From Eledone cirrhosa (taxonomy: Eukaryota), in contig OZ024742.1 of NCBI GenBank assembly GCA_964016885.1, positions 64,046,001 through 64,110,000 on the forward strand: a stretch of 64,000 bases of DNA, in the 5' to 3' direction. How positions within the stretch are numbered: the first letter of the stretch is position 1; each line of letters opens with the position of its first letter. The notes below the pieces were generated by a model, which was not told the DNA's origin, made no database searches, and saw only the letters and a list, made by a program, of their open reading frames with translations. Below are positions 11,666-28,037 of this stretch, piece after piece. Made by a program: the position numbers and the translations under genes.

Positions 11666-14211
11666 GTCATGAAGGTCACAGAAAGAGTTATAGCGCAACT
11701 AATCAGAGAGCGAATTGATCTAGATGAAATGCAGTTTGGGTTTGTGTCAGGTAAAAGTATCACAGACGCTCTTTTCCTTGTACGACAACTACAAGAGAAG
11801 TACCTAGCTAAAAGTAAGCCCCTCTACTTAGCTTTTGTAGACCTGGAGAAAGCCTTTGACAGAGTCCCTCGCTCCATTATCTGGTGGGCTCTTAGAATAC
11901 TAGGTGTAGATGAATGGCTTGTGAGAGCTATACAAGCTATGTATAATGAAACAGTCAGTAAGGTTAGAATTAACAATGAATATTGTGAAGAATTTAGTGT
12001 AAAATTTGGCATTCATCAAGGCTCTGTCCTTAGCCCCCTCCTATGTATTATTGCCCTTCAGGCTATAACAGAGGAGTTCAAGACTGGCTGCCCATGGGAA
12101 CTCCTATACGCAGATGATCTAACGCTCATAGCTGAATGAATGGCTGAACTAGAGAAGAAATTTGAAACATGGAAGCATGGCCTAGAATCAAAAGGCCTTA
12201 AAGTTAACTTGTCTAAGACTAAAGTTCTAGTTTGTAGAAAGGAAAATAGGGCACAAGTGCCCTCAGGGAAATGGCCATGCTCAGTGTGTAGGAAAGGAGT
12301 AGGCAGAAATTCCATTTTATGTCCCAAATGCAAAGTATGGGTTCATAAAAGATGTCACATCATCACTCATCGACTACTGTCGAGATGATGGATCTCACTC
12401 TCATGCCCCAGAATCCCCTGTCCCCCATCGCTGCCCCCAGGTCCTGTCTGCTGAATCCCGTATCCCTAGAGATAACGTCAGGGAATAACAGCTTCCTACT
12501 CCTAGTCAGGCTGGAGTCAGGGTTCCAGAGCAAGAGAGCGGATATGATTTCATTGCTGGCACGGTGACAGTGGCCAGCAAATTGAGCTCTCCGGGATTTT
12601 AGAAGAGCAGAGGCTCAAGGGAGTTTGCCATAGATTTTAGACAAGGTGGGATGTCATTTCCAGGATAGGTTTTGAAGTCATTAGAGCAAGCGTCCAACTG
12701 TGTTGGACTGTACCTCAATGAATCCAAGACTGAGTATGTGAACAGATGCGCAAACAGCCCAAACTACCCCATCAGAACCCTTAATGGTACCGCCCTTAAG
12801 CAGGTGGAAGATTACAAGTATCTTGGCTCATATATCTCCTCCTCCAAAAAAGATTTTCTAACCAGGAAGGGTATGGCATGGTCAGCGTGCAATGACATGC
12901 ACGCCATATGGACATCTCAACTTACCAACAAGCTAAAACTGGAAATATTCCAAGCAACCATTAAGCCCATATTACTTTATGGATCCGAAACTTGGACACT
13001 AACATCACAACTTGAGAGGAGATTGGATGGCACATATACCCGCCTCTTAATGAGAGTGCAAAACCTATCCTGGAAACGACATCCCACATCATAAAAGATG
13101 TAGTGGGATCACAGGTATCTAAGAACGTAGACTTTATATGTGGCCAATGCTCAGGTGCAATAAGTAGCAAGTGTCCACAGGATACTAACTCCTTCTATTG
13201 CCCAGATGGTTCTATAGAAATAGTAGACACTTTCCGTTACCTGGGTGATGAAATCAGCAGTGGTGGAGGGTGTTCTGAAAGTACAGTAGCCAGAGTCAGA
13301 ACGGGATGGAAAAAGTTCAGAGAGCTTATACCGCTGTTGGGCACAAAAGGTTTCTCTCTAAAAATGAAAGGCAGATTGTATGATGCCTGCATACGAACAG
13401 CAATGTTACATGACAGTGAGACATGGGCATTATGTGCAGAGGACCTGCGCAGACTGGAAAGGAACGAAGCATGCATGCTCCGTTGGATGTATAATAGTAA
13501 TATACGTGAACGGCAAAGCATAAATGAACTAAGTGAGAAATTAGGAATAAGAGGGATCAGATGCTGTTTACTTGAGAGAAGACTACGTTGGTATGGTCAC
13601 GTGATGCGCATGAAAGACGACAGCTGCATAAAAAAGTGCAGGGCGATCAAAATTGATGGAAGTTATGGAGTAGGCAGACCCAGAAAAACCTGGGACGATT
13701 TGATAAATTCCTACATTACACACTTACACCTCTCCAAGACAATGTCACTGGACTGAGATCTTTGGCGCTACGCAGTAATACAGAAGACCTGCCTTGCCTA
13801 TGTACAAAGCAAAACCTACAGTCAGTAGGCACCTCTTAACCAAATATACACCCCAACCCACCACCCTACTCCATCCTCCCACTCCCACCAACACCACCCT
13901 CTCTCTGTAAAGTTGGTACCATACCATCCAGTCCAAATAAATGTGATAATGACATTGTGTAGGTGTCACAACAAAAAAACACAGTCAACGCTGTAATGTG
14001 GCCGTGTAGGTAACATGGTAAAAAGTTCCCAGTTCCACACTGTAAATGTGGTTGGTGTTAGGAAGGGCATCCAGCCATAGAAAACGTGCCAGATAGTCCT
14101 ATATGAGCGAGATACGGTCACCCGACCAACCTTGCCTTAAATGGGACAACTTCCGTCTAACCCATGCTAACATGGAAGATGGACATTAAACAATGATGAT
14201 GATGATGATGA
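11666..14211 (+). mobile_element. RTE-clade LINE (5'-truncated) containing a nested insertion
   Basis: RT motifs QFGF, FVDLEKAFD, GIHQGSVLSP and YADD; Cys-rich segment CSVC...CPKC..WVH..C; then FRYLG, SETW, RRLRWYGHV and GRPRKTW. (GAT)n tail at about 14194-14211. Confidence 0.93.
12356..13088. mobile_element. Second-family RTE-like LINE insertion, 5'-inverted, with a 13-bp target-site duplication (TSD)
   Basis: TSD TCATAAAAGATGT at 12343-12355 and 13089-13101. 12356-12674 holds the C-terminus and tail on the minus strand; 12675-13088 holds the upstream YKYLGS...LLYGSETW segment on the plus strand. Confidence 0.85.
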
Positions 14212-14712
14212 TATATACATATGTATATATATATATATGTATGTATGTATGTATGTATAAACCACTGGGAGTGAAAGACCCCTAGCCTTTGTCAGGGCAT
14301 TCTTCTAGGAGAAGGCAACTCCAACATTAAACCTCCAGCTCAGTAGTTACCGATGATGTTGATCTTTTCTTCTTTTCGGGTTATAGCTACTGTCGCTCAG
14401 AGAGTGGGATTGGCTCAGTGCACAGTCTTTCCTCACTTTAAAAAAATCTTCACACACAGGCATTGCATGATAGCGTTAATTGATGATTATTGATAATGTT
14501 ATATCATGCAATGGCCATACTCGATAACGAGGGGGCAGCATCATCATCATCATTGTTTAACGTCTATCTTCCACGCTAGCATGGGTGTAGATGGGAATTG
14601 TCCCACTTGAAGCAAGATTGGTCGTCTCGCTTGTATAGGACTGTTTGGCAGGGTTTCTATGGCTAGATGCCCTTCCTAACACCAACCACGTTTGTATATA
14701 TATATATACATA

Positions 14713-14749
<37 letters not shown>

Positions 14750-16994
14750 TAAAAGAGAGGGAGAAAGCGGGTGGTAGATATATATATATATATAGATATT
14801 AACAATCTGTGAGTGGAGAGAGTATTTATGTACATCATCATCATCACCATTTAACAATCATTTTCCATGCTTGAATGGGTTAGAAGAGCTGTCTTGCTAT
14901 GAGGTCAAGTGAATGTTATGAGGTTAGATAGAGAGTGGATTGGATGCTTTATTTGTTGTGGCACCAGTACAACCACCTTACATGGTGCTTTTTGACAGGG
15001 GGGAACTGTGTGCTGCCTCATTATGACATTTGGATGCTTATTATGTCCTTGACCCAGCTAGGGAGGCAATGACAAGAGTAAGGTGAAAGAGCAAGTATCA
15101 TGCTACATGTTGCTTGCTAGGGGGTAGAGCGATGGGGTATCCTACAGTGGGTGGGGGAGCAATCACAGTATTATGTTATTGTTAAAGTTGACTTACTGGT
15201 CATTAATTCAAGTTTCTTGCTAGAGAGATGCATATCAATGACTATGTGAAAATATAAGCCATTGATAACCCACATGGGCTTCAGCAGCTAGAAGTAAGGA
15301 TCAAATCATCTAGTGTCACATTTCAGTAATGCCGTATCAAGAGTCGCTTACCTCCTCTTTCAGCTTCTGAAGTTTAGAAGCTTACATCTTCTGACAGTTG
15401 ACCTTGTATCATTATTTAACTTTAGTTATGCATGTCATGCTTTGTTTATAATTCATATATCATAATTTGAAGTATGCTTTTATTTGCTGTCACAAAAATG
15501 AGATATTTTGGAAGTAGGAGGTTGTTAAATGACAAAGAACGAGCGAATGACAGTATATGAATGAAAATAAAAGTGTGAGTGAGAGAACATAATTGAGAGG
15601 GAGTTTCAGTAAGAGGTATGAAACTGGTCAAAGTGAGAGGTATCAAATATTATACAAAATATTTCTTGAAAACTTTCAAAAGTAAGAAATATATCATTGG
15701 CATCATTTAACAAGCAATTTCTAGGGCCAGGATCTCATCACTCTTACAAACGTTCCTGCACTCTACAGGCTGCATTGTGATTTTGATCTTAAACATCAGA
15801 AGAGTACGTTCTACCATTTTTTTAGCAACTTTTCTATAGCTGGATGCACCAACCACTTTACAGAGTGAGAGTGTACTGGGTGTGTTTTATCATGTCACCA
15901 AACCTGGAAAGGTTGTTGTACCTTTGAAATAACTGACGAGTCCTTTCAACCATTTTTAGCATGGTTTCTACACCTGGATGCACCTCCTATCACCCATCAT
16001 GTTATAGGGTATAATGGGTGCATTTTATTGTGGCGCCTTTTTTATCATGTGGAGGTATAGGATGGCAGTAGGATAGAGAAGATGATTGGTGCATACACAC
16101 ACACAAGTTTGACAATATATATATATATACTTGCATTAACAGTCTGACTATATATGCTAGCAGGGAGAAGAGACATTAAATGACGATATATATATATATT
16201 TTTGAATTTCGACAGTCAAAACCAGGGGTTACCTCCCTTTGGGAAAACCACGTGACCCCCAGCAGTCTTACTGCTATAATTCACACCCGACTGCAGCACT
16301 GAACGGAACCCTGTTGATAAAGTGAACCCTCTGTTCGATCATCCGAAACCAAAAATTTGCATACCCCGCAAGTCGATTTGTTGATTTTGGATTCACAGAA
16401 ACCTACTGGAGATATTGCATAATATCGACGCGAAGGTCCAGGTTTGTCAAATTATCCTGAGCTGGTTTTCTCATTGATTTGGTCCTTGTGGCTGGCTCAC
16501 TGGTCGCAGTCTTCACTTTGTCAAGCTGTCTAAATGTGTGTTATTACTCTAAGGTGAAACTACCTTATTGAGTGCTTAGTTGCACATTCCAGATTGCATT
16601 CGTTAGCTTGGTTGCAGCCAGAGCTTAGATTCTACTGAACTTCCATTTGTATATATATATATACACACACACACATAAGCATTAACTTGTTAGTATGACA
16701 CAAATGAGATAACCATGATTTTTTCTGAAACTCGACTTTAACAAAAAAAAAATGAACTAATTTCTTTTGTGAACTGTAGATTTGCATGAATATATCTGAT
16801 GCATCCTCAACCCTTTATTATTATTTTTCACATACATGATACATATATCATCATCATCATCATCGTTTAATGTCTATCTTCCACACTAGCATGGGTTAGA
16901 CAGGATTGTCCCACTTGAGGCAACATTGGTCGGGTGACCGTGTCTCGCTCATATAGAACTGAATATATATATATCATCATCATTTTTGCGTCCG

Positions 16995-17772
<778 letters not shown>

Positions 17773-17964
17773 TATGCATTAACAATTTGACTATATATAT
17801 AAATATATGGTTGGTTCCACACTGTAAACATGGTTGGTGTTAGGAAGGGCATCCAGCCGTAGAAAAGCCACCAGACAGTCCTATACGAGCAAGACAACCA
17901 ATCTTGCCTCACCTGGGACAATTCCTGTCTAAACCCATGCTAGCGTGGAAGATAGACGTTAAAC

Positions 17965-18000
<36 letters not shown>

Positions 18001-18513
18001 ATGCGTCATGTCTTCAACAGTGTCAAAAAGATAACAGCCCCACTAGTGTTGGTGCCATGATAAAATTCAATCAGTAGGACCCTTGATCTTCACAGACCAA
18101 CTCAGTGCTTCCCTTAAGTACTGATTTGGACTGTGAAGACCTATCCATGTCTTGCTAGCAGGGAATTGAATGTTAAATGATTATGATGATGATAATAATA
18201 TATATGTATACAGTTTAATTATATATATATATCTCCCTTTAGTATTTAAACTAGCTGTATCCAGCCAGAATTCTCTCCCCTCTTTCTGACCAAACTGGCT
18301 GTAACTTGATGCTCATACTGATATTAAGGTATTGTTCTCAAAATAAATAATATCAAAATCTCATAGATTTGATATAATGTGAGGTAAAGCCTTTACCACA
18401 AAAATATAATAGTATATATCGAGTAAGGGATATATGTATATTCCTACAAAAAAAATACTAATCTGAAAGCAATTACCAAACTAACCTTCATTTTTTCCTT
18501 TGTTTCTTCGCAG

Positions 18514-18633
18514 GATTAGACCCTGCAGGACCAAACTATGAAGATGCACCCACAGAAGTACGTTTAGACCCCAGTGATGCTGACTTTGTCGATGTCATCC
18601 ATACAGATGGTTCAATATTCTCAGCCATAAGAG
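18514..18633 (+). CDS. Lipase exon (catalytic Asp)
   Basis: Polypyrimidine tract + CAG acceptor, GTAATC donor, 120 bp, phase 1-1. Translates [40 protein letters not shown]. Not in the ORF track. Confidence 0.95.
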
Positions 18634-18934
18634 GTAATCTTTTATTCTTTTACTTTTTCCTTCATTCAGTCATTGAATGATCAAAACTTCTCGCGTTACT
18701 CTTCATTAAATCATTAGCAAGACTTTTTGCTGAAGTACAAAACAGCATCACATTAAAGATTAATGTCCTTACTCTAATATTGCAAATTTTCATAATGATC
18801 TGTCCTCTGGTAAAGATGCTATAAACATCTAAATTAACAAACCACATGAAACCACATTAGCAAGACATTCTTGAAAAGGATATTTGATCTTATACTATAA
18901 TTGCTGTTATAATTCTAATCAACATCAGCACCCT

Positions 18935-18947
18935 CACCATTACCACC

Positions 18948-18981
<34 letters not shown>

Positions 18982-19203
18982 TCATTACCACTACCACCAC
19001 CAACACCACCCGCCATTACAAACTTCCACTACCACCAACACCACCACGATCCCTACAACCACTACAATCACCACCAGCAGCACAACCCCACTACCACCAT
19101 CTCAATCCTTCCCTCACCTCCACCACCACATGGAATCCCCACCACCAACATCACCATTACTCCAATCACAACCTTACCACCACTGACAATAACAACAACA
19201 ACA
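18935..19203. repeat. (CAC/CAT)n degenerate trinucleotide repeat, intronic
   Basis: Simple repeat lying between two lipase exons. Confidence 0.85.
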
Positions 19204-19271
19204 AAATTATCCTAATTCTGATATGATGTGCCACTGTAAACTGTAGCAATCTGTGCCATTATATTTTCCAG

Positions 19272-19394
19272 GTTTTGGAACAATGAAACAGATGGGTAAT
19301 GTTGATCTGTACCCTAATGGCGGCAAGAAACAACCTGGATGTCAAGGGACATGGATGCGCCTTATTTATCAAGTCTACAAAACTGGTATAAGAG
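19272..19394 (+). CDS. Lipase exon (YPNGG motif, start of lid)
   Basis: TTTTCCAG acceptor, GTAAGG donor, 123 bp, phase 1-1. Translates GFGTMKQMGNVDLYPNGGKKQPGCQGTWMRLIYQVYKTGIR. Confidence 0.95.
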
Positions 19395-19434
19395 GTAAGG
19401 AGAAACCACACACTCTTCTAACACTCTAACATAA

Positions 19435-22400
19435 TAGCATCAACATATACACCTACACTATATATTTATAGCATTAGCATATACACCTACACTATATAGT
19501 TATAGTATCAGCATATACACCTACACTATATATTTATAGTATCAGCATATACACCTACACTATATATTTATAGCATCAACATATACACCTACACTATATA
19601 GTTATAGCATCAACATATACACCTACACTATATATTTATAGCATTAGCATATACACCTACACTATATATTTATAGTATCAGCATATACACCTACACTATA
19701 TATTTATAGCATTAGCATATACACCTACACTATATATTTATAGTATCAGCATATACACCTACACTATATATTTATAGTATCAGCATATACACCTACACTA
19801 TATATTTATAGCATTAGCATATACACCTACACTATATAGTTATAGTATCAGCATATACACCTACACTATATATTTATAGTATCAGCATATACACCTACAC
19901 TATATAGTTATAGTATCAGCATATACACCTACACTATATATTTATAGTATCAGCATATACACCTACACTATATATTTATAGTATCAGCATATACACCTAC
20001 ACTATATAGTTATAGTATCAGCATATACACCTACACTATATATTTATAGTATCAGCATATACACCTACACTATATATTTATAGTATCAGCATATACACCT
20101 ACACTATATATTTATAGTATCAGCATATACAGCTACACTATATAGTTATAGCATCAACATATACACCTACACTATATATTTATAGCATTAGCATATACAC
20201 CTACACTATATAGTTATAGTATCAGCATATACACCTACACTATATATTTATAGTATCAGCATATACACCTACACTATATATTTATAGCATTAGCATATAC
20301 ACCTACACTATATATTTATAGTATCAGCATATACACCTACACTATATATTTATAGTATCAGCATATACACCTACACTATATATTTATAGTATCAGCATAT
20401 ACACCTACACTATATATTTATAGTATCAGCATATACACCTACACTATATATTTATAGCATTAGCATATACACCTACACTATATAGTTATAGTATCAGCAT
20501 ATACACCTACACTATATATTTATAGTATCAGCATATACACCTACACTATATATTTATAGTATCAGCATATACACCTACACTATATATTTATAGCATTAGC
20601 ATATACACCTACACTATATATTTATAGTATCAGCATATACACCTACACTATATATTTATAGTATCAGCATATACACCTACACTATATATTTATAGTATCA
20701 GCATATACACCTACACTATATATTTATAGCATTAGCATATACACCTACACTATATATTTATAGCATTAGCATATACACCTACACTATATAGTTATAGTAT
20801 CAGCATATACACCTACACTATATATTTATAGTATCAGCATATACACCTACACTATATATTTATAGTATCAGCATATACACCTACACTATATATTTATAGC
20901 ATTAGCATATACACCTACACTATATATTTATAGTATCAGCATATACACCTACACTATATATTTATAGTATCAGCATATACACCTACACTATATATTTATA
21001 GCATTAGCATATACACATACACTATATATTTATAGCATCAGCATATACACCTACACTATATATTTATAGCATTAGCATATACACCTACACTATATATTTA
21101 TAGTATCAGCATATACACCTACACTATATATTTATAGTATCAGCACATACACCTACACTATATATTTATAGCATTAGCATATACACATACACTATATATT
21201 TATAGCATCAGCATATACACCTACACTATATAGTTATAGTATCAGCATATACACCTACACTATATAGTTATAGTATCAGCATATACACCTACACTATATA
21301 TTTATAGTATCAGCATATACACCTACACTATATATTTATAGTATCAGCATATACACCTACACTATATATTTATAGCATTAGCATATACACCTACACTATA
21401 TATTTATAGTATCAGCATATACACCTACACTATATAATTATAGTATCAGCATATACACCTACACTATATATTTATAGTATCAGCATATACACCTACACTA
21501 TATATTTATAGCATTAGCATATACACCTACACTATATATTTATAGCATTAGCATATACACCTACACTATATAGTTATAGTATCAGCATATACACCTACAC
21601 TATATATTTATAGTATCAGCATATACACCTACACTATATATTTATAGTATCAGCATATACACCTACACTATATATTTATAGCATTAGCATATACACCTAC
21701 ACTATATATTTATAGTATCAGCATATACACCTACACTATATATTTATAGTATCAGCATATACACCTACACTATATATTTATAGCATTAGCATATACACAT
21801 ACACTATATATTTATAGCATCAGCATATACACCTACACTATATAGTTATAGTAATCAGCATATACACCTACACTATATAGTTATAGTATCAGCATATACA
21901 CCTACACTATATATTTATAATATCAGCATATACACATACACTATATATTTATAGTATCAGCATATACACATACACTATATATTTATAGTATCAGCATATA
22001 CACCTACACTATATATTTATAGTATCAGCATATACACCTACACTATATATTTATAGTATCAGCATATACACATACACTATATATTTATAGCATCAGCATA
22101 TACACATACACTATATAGTTATAGTATCAGCATATACACATACACTATATAGTTATAGTATCAGCATATACATCTACACTATATATTTATAGCATCAGCA
22201 TATACACATACACTATATAGTTATAGTATCAGCATATACACCTACACTATATAGTTATAGCATTAGCATATACACCTACACTATATAGTTATAGTATCAG
22301 CATTTACACCTACACTATATATTTATAGCATTAGCATATACACCTACACTATATATTTATAGCATCAGCATATACACCTACACTATATATTTATAGTATC

Positions 22401-25400
22401 AGCATATACACCTACACTATATATTTATAGCATTAGCATATACACCTACACTATATATTTATAGTATCAGCATATACACCTACACTATATATTTATACCA
22501 TTAGCATATACACCTACACTATATATTTATAGCATCAGCATATACACATACACTATATAGTTATAGTATCAGCATATACACCTACACTATATATTTATAG
22601 TATCAGCATATACACCTACACTATATAGTTATAGCATTAGCATATACACCTACACTATATATTTATAGTATCAGCATATACACCTACACTATATATTTAT
22701 AGCATTAGCATATACACCTACACTATATATTTATAGCATCAGCATATACACATACACTATATATTTATAGTATCAGCATATACACCTACACTATATAGTT
22801 ATAGCATCAACATATACACCTACACTATATATTTATAGCATTAGCATATACACCTACACTATATAGTTATAGTATCAGCATATACACCTACACTATATAT
22901 TTATAGTATCAGCATATACACCTACACTATATATTTATAGCATTAGCATATACACCTACACTATATATTTATAGTATCAGCATATACACCTACACTATAT
23001 ATTTATAGTATCAGCATATACACCTACACTATATAGTTATAGTATCAGCATATACACCTACACTATATATTTATAGTATCAGCATATACACCTACACTAT
23101 ATATTTATAGTATCAGCATATACACCTACACTATATATTTATAGCATTAGCATATACACCTACACTATATATTTATAGTATCAGCATATACACCTACACT
23201 ATATATTTATAGTATCAGCATATACACCTACACTATATATTTATAGTATCAGCATATACACCTACACTATATATTTATAGCATTAGCATATACACCTACA
23301 CTATATATTTATAGTATCAGCATATACACCTACACTATATATTTATAGCATTAGCATATACACCTACACTATATATTTATAGCATTAGCATATACACCTA
23401 CACTATATAGTTATAGTATCAGCATATACACCTACACTATATATTTATAGTATCAGCATATACACCTACACTATATATTTATAGTATCAGCATATACACC
23501 TACACTATATATTTATAGCATTAGCATATACACCTACACTATATATTTATAGTATCAGCATATACACCTACACTATATATTTATAGTATCAGCATATACA
23601 CCTACACTATATATTTATAGCATTAGCATATACACATACACTATATATTTATAGCATCAGCATATACACCTACACTATATAGTTATAGTATCAGCATATA
23701 CACCTACACTATATAGTTATAGTATCAGCATATACACCTACACTATATATTTATAGTATCAGCATATACACCTACACTATATATTTATAGTATCAGCATA
23801 TACACCTACACTATATATTTATAGCATTAGCATATACACCTACACTATATATTTATAGTATCAGCATATACACCTACACTATATATTTATAGTATCAGCA
23901 TATACACCTACACTATATATTTATAGTATCAGCATATACACCTACACTATATATTTATAGCATTAGCATATACACCTACACTATATATTTATAGCATTAG
24001 CATATACACCTACACTATATAGTTATAGTATCAGCATATACACCTACACTATATATTTATAGTATCAGCATATACACCTACACTATATATTTATAGTATC
24101 AGCATATACACCTACACTATATATTTATAGCATTAGCATATACACCTACACTATATATTTATAGTATCAGCATATACACCTACACTATATATTTATAGTA
24201 TCAGCACATACACCTACACTATATATTTATAGCATTAGCATATACACATACACTATATATTTATAGCATCAGCATATACACCTACACTATATAGTTATAG
24301 TATCAGCATATACACCTACACTATATAGTTATAGTATCAGCATATACACCTACACTATATATTTATAGTATCAGCATATACACCTACACTATATATTTAT
24401 AGTATCAGCATATACACCTACACTATATATTTATAGCATTAGCATATAAACCTACACTATATATTTATAGTATCAGCATATACACCTACACTATATAATT
24501 ATAGTATCAGCATATACACCTACACTATATATTTATAGTATCAGCATATACACCTACACTATATATTTATAGCATTAGCATATACACCTACACTATATAT
24601 TTATAGCATTAGCATATACACCTACACTATATAGTTATAGTATCAGCATATACACCTACACTATATATTTATAGTATCAGCATATACACCTACACTATAT
24701 ATTTATAGTATCAGCATATACACCTACACTATATATTTATAGCATTAGCATATACACCTACACTATATATTTATAGTATCAGCATATACACCTACACTAT
24801 ATATTTATAGTATCAGCATATACACCTACACTATATATTTATAGCATTAGCATATACACATACACTATATATTTATAGCATCAGCATATACACCTACACT
24901 ATATAGTTATAGTAATCAGCATATACACCTACACTATATAGTTATAGTATCAGCATATACACCTACACTATATATTTATAATATCAGCATATACACATAC
25001 ACTATATATTTATAGTATCAGCATATACACATACACTATATATTTATAGTATCAGCATATACACCTACACTATATATTTATAGTATCAGCATATACACCT
25101 ACACTATATAGTTATAGTATCAGCATATACACATACACTATATAGTTATAGTATCAGCATATACATCTACACTATATATTTATAGCATCAGCATATACAC
25201 ATACACTATATAGTTATAGTATCAGCATATACACCTACACTATATAGTTATAGCATTAGCATATACACCTACACTATATAGTTATAGTATCAGCATTTAC
25301 ACCTACACTATATATTTATAGCATTAGCATATACACCTACACTATATATTTATAGCATCAGCATATACACCTACACTATATATTTATAGTATCAGCATAT

Positions 25401-26832
25401 ACACATACACTATATATTTATAGCATTAGCATATACACCTACACTATATATTTAAAGTATCAGCATATACACCTACACTATATATTTATAGTATCAGCAT
25501 ATACACCTACACTATATATTTATAGCATTAGCATATACACATACACTATATATTTATAGCATCAGCATATACACCTACACTATATAGTTATAGTATCAGC
25601 ATATACACCTACACTATATAGTTATAGTATCAGCATATACACCTACACTATATATTTATAGCATTAGCATATACACCTACACTATATATTTATAGTATCA
25701 GCATATACACCTACACTATATATTTATAGCATTAGCATATACACCTACACTATATATTTATAGCATCAGCATATACACATACACTATATAGTTATAGTAT
25801 CAGCATATACACCTACACTATATATTTATAGTATCAGCATATACACCTACACTATATAGTTATAGCATTAGCATATACACCTACACTATATATTTATAGT
25901 ATCAGCATATACACCTACACTATATATTTATAGCATTAGCATATACACCTACACTATATATTTATAGCATCAGCATATACACATACACTATATAGTTATA
26001 GTATCAGCATATACACCTACACTATATATTTATAGTATCAGCATATACACCTACACTATATATTTATAGTATCAGCATATACACCTACACTATATATTTA
26101 TAGTATCAGCATATACACCTACACTATATATTTATAGCATTAGCATATACACCTACACTATATAGTTATAGTATCAGCATATACACCTACACTATATATT
26201 TATAGTATCAGCATATACACCTACACTATATATTTATAGTATCAGCATATACACCTACACTATATATTTATAGTATCAGCATATACACCTACACTATATA
26301 TTTATAGCATTAGCATATACACCTACACTATATATTTATAGCATTAGCATATACACCTACACTATATAGTTATAGTATCAGCATATACACCTACACTATA
26401 TATTTATAGTATCAGCATATACACCTACACTATATATTTATAGTATCAGCATATACACCTACACTATATATTTATAGCATTAGCATATACACATACACTA
26501 TATAGTTATAGTATCAGCATATACACATACACTATATAGTTATAGTATCAGCATATACACATACACTATATATTTATAGTATCAGCATATACACCTACAC
26601 TATATATTTATAGTATCAGCATATACACCTACACTATATATTTATAGCATTAGCATATACACCTACACTATATATTTATAGCATTAGCATATACACCTAC
26701 ACTATATATTTATAGTATCAGCATATACACCTACACTATATATTTATAGTATCAGCATATACACCTACACTATATATTTATAGTATCAGCATATACACCT
26801 ACCCTATATATTTATAGTATCAGCATATACAC
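19435..26832. repeat. 34-bp minisatellite/satellite array, about 217 copies, intronic
   Basis: Unit TAGTATCAGCATATACACCTACACTATATATTTA with a few recurrent variants (GCATT/GTATC, TAGTT/TATTT). No spacers. Confidence 0.97.
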
Positions 26833-27069
26833 ATAGACACACATACTTGAGAATTTCGGACATATGCTCACTTGTCAGCGAAGTGAATAATATGTATGAC
26901 CGGTAACATATCAATGGATCTTTGCATTTCATTTGGATTTTTGTCTGAAGAGAACACATAAGGCAGTTGTTATACAACTGCCTTACGTCTTGAAATATGT
27001 ATAACAAAATAAATAGGGATGTATAAATGAAACTGTCTTTCTTGTTTATTATTATTATATATATATTGT

Positions 27070-27260
27070 AAGGGCAGTGGATTGGCAGTATCAGTAGGGG
27101 GTCGGACGCCATGCTTTCCAGCATAGTTACGCCCCTTTACGATCTGAGTTCAAATCCTGCCGAGGTTGACTTTGCCTTTCATCCTTACGGGGTCGATAAA
27201 ATAAAGTACCAGTAATGCACTGGGTAATTGCTGGCCTTGTGCCTAAAGTAGAGACAATTA
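27070..27260 (+). mobile_element. tRNA-derived SINE, representative of an abundant family (other copies near 1-240, 500-760, 1300-1480, 28280-28740, 29800-30020, 45066-45262, 56330-56540, 57205-57770, 59205-59390, 61020-61230, 62445-62545)
   Basis: A-box-like TGGCAGTATCAGT, B-box-like GAGTTCAAATCC, and the recurrent body ACTTTGCCTTTCATCCTTACGGGGTCGATAAAATAAAGTACCAGT. Confidence 0.8.
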
Positions 27261-27284
27261 TATATATATTGTATGGGTGGATGG

Positions 27285-27340
<56 letters not shown>

Positions 27341-27794
27341 AAGAAAATCCTGATATCCGAAAAGATATCCAAGTAGAAATTCAAGTAGAGTCCGGCTAAA
27401 AATCCATTTTTAGGGTGAAAATCCACTGTAGGAATCCAACAAATTTGAGGGTCCATATAAGCGTGGTGGGTGGGCACAGTCTACCATTGAAGGTATGTGG
27501 CTAAGTGGTTAGGGTGTTTGGCTTATTGTAAGGTCAGTTGGTGTCTTGTGCCCTTCAGAACGATATTTTATTTCACATTGTTCTTGTCCACTCAGCTAGC
27601 AAAGTTAGTTGTACCTGTGATTCAAAAACCCAGCCTTGACATATACTGTATCACACTGAATCTTCCTAAGAATTGCATTAAGTGTACACATGTCTGTGGA
27701 ATACTCAGCCATTTGCATGTTAATTTCAGAAGCAGGTTGTTCCATTGTTCAAACAACTGAAACTATTGTAATTTGAACCAACAGAGGTCTAACG

Positions 27795-27861
<67 letters not shown>

Positions 27862-28037
27862 GCACACATGCACACGCACACGTACACACACACACAAACA
27901 TAGACATGCCAAGATAAAAAAGGTGTAGATGAATTGGTTAATAAAAAATCATTTTCAATAACTAAACACATGTACAATAACAAACACAATAACCCATGTC
28001 TTTGGTGAACTAACATGTGTTTCTTTTTCTTTATCAG

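Noticed and set aside
16310-16365. TTGATAA...GAAAC motif in a TA-flanked island
   Set aside because: No convincing stem II closure, stem III or cleavage triplet.
18884-19186. Poly-His/Thr ORF
   Set aside because: Intronic (CAC/CAT)n repeat; the flanking lipase exons already splice in phase without it.
19435-26832. CRISPR-like periodicity of 34-35 bp (also 50286-55600)
   Set aside because: Units are head-to-tail with no unique spacers, there are no cas genes, and the context is eukaryotic.
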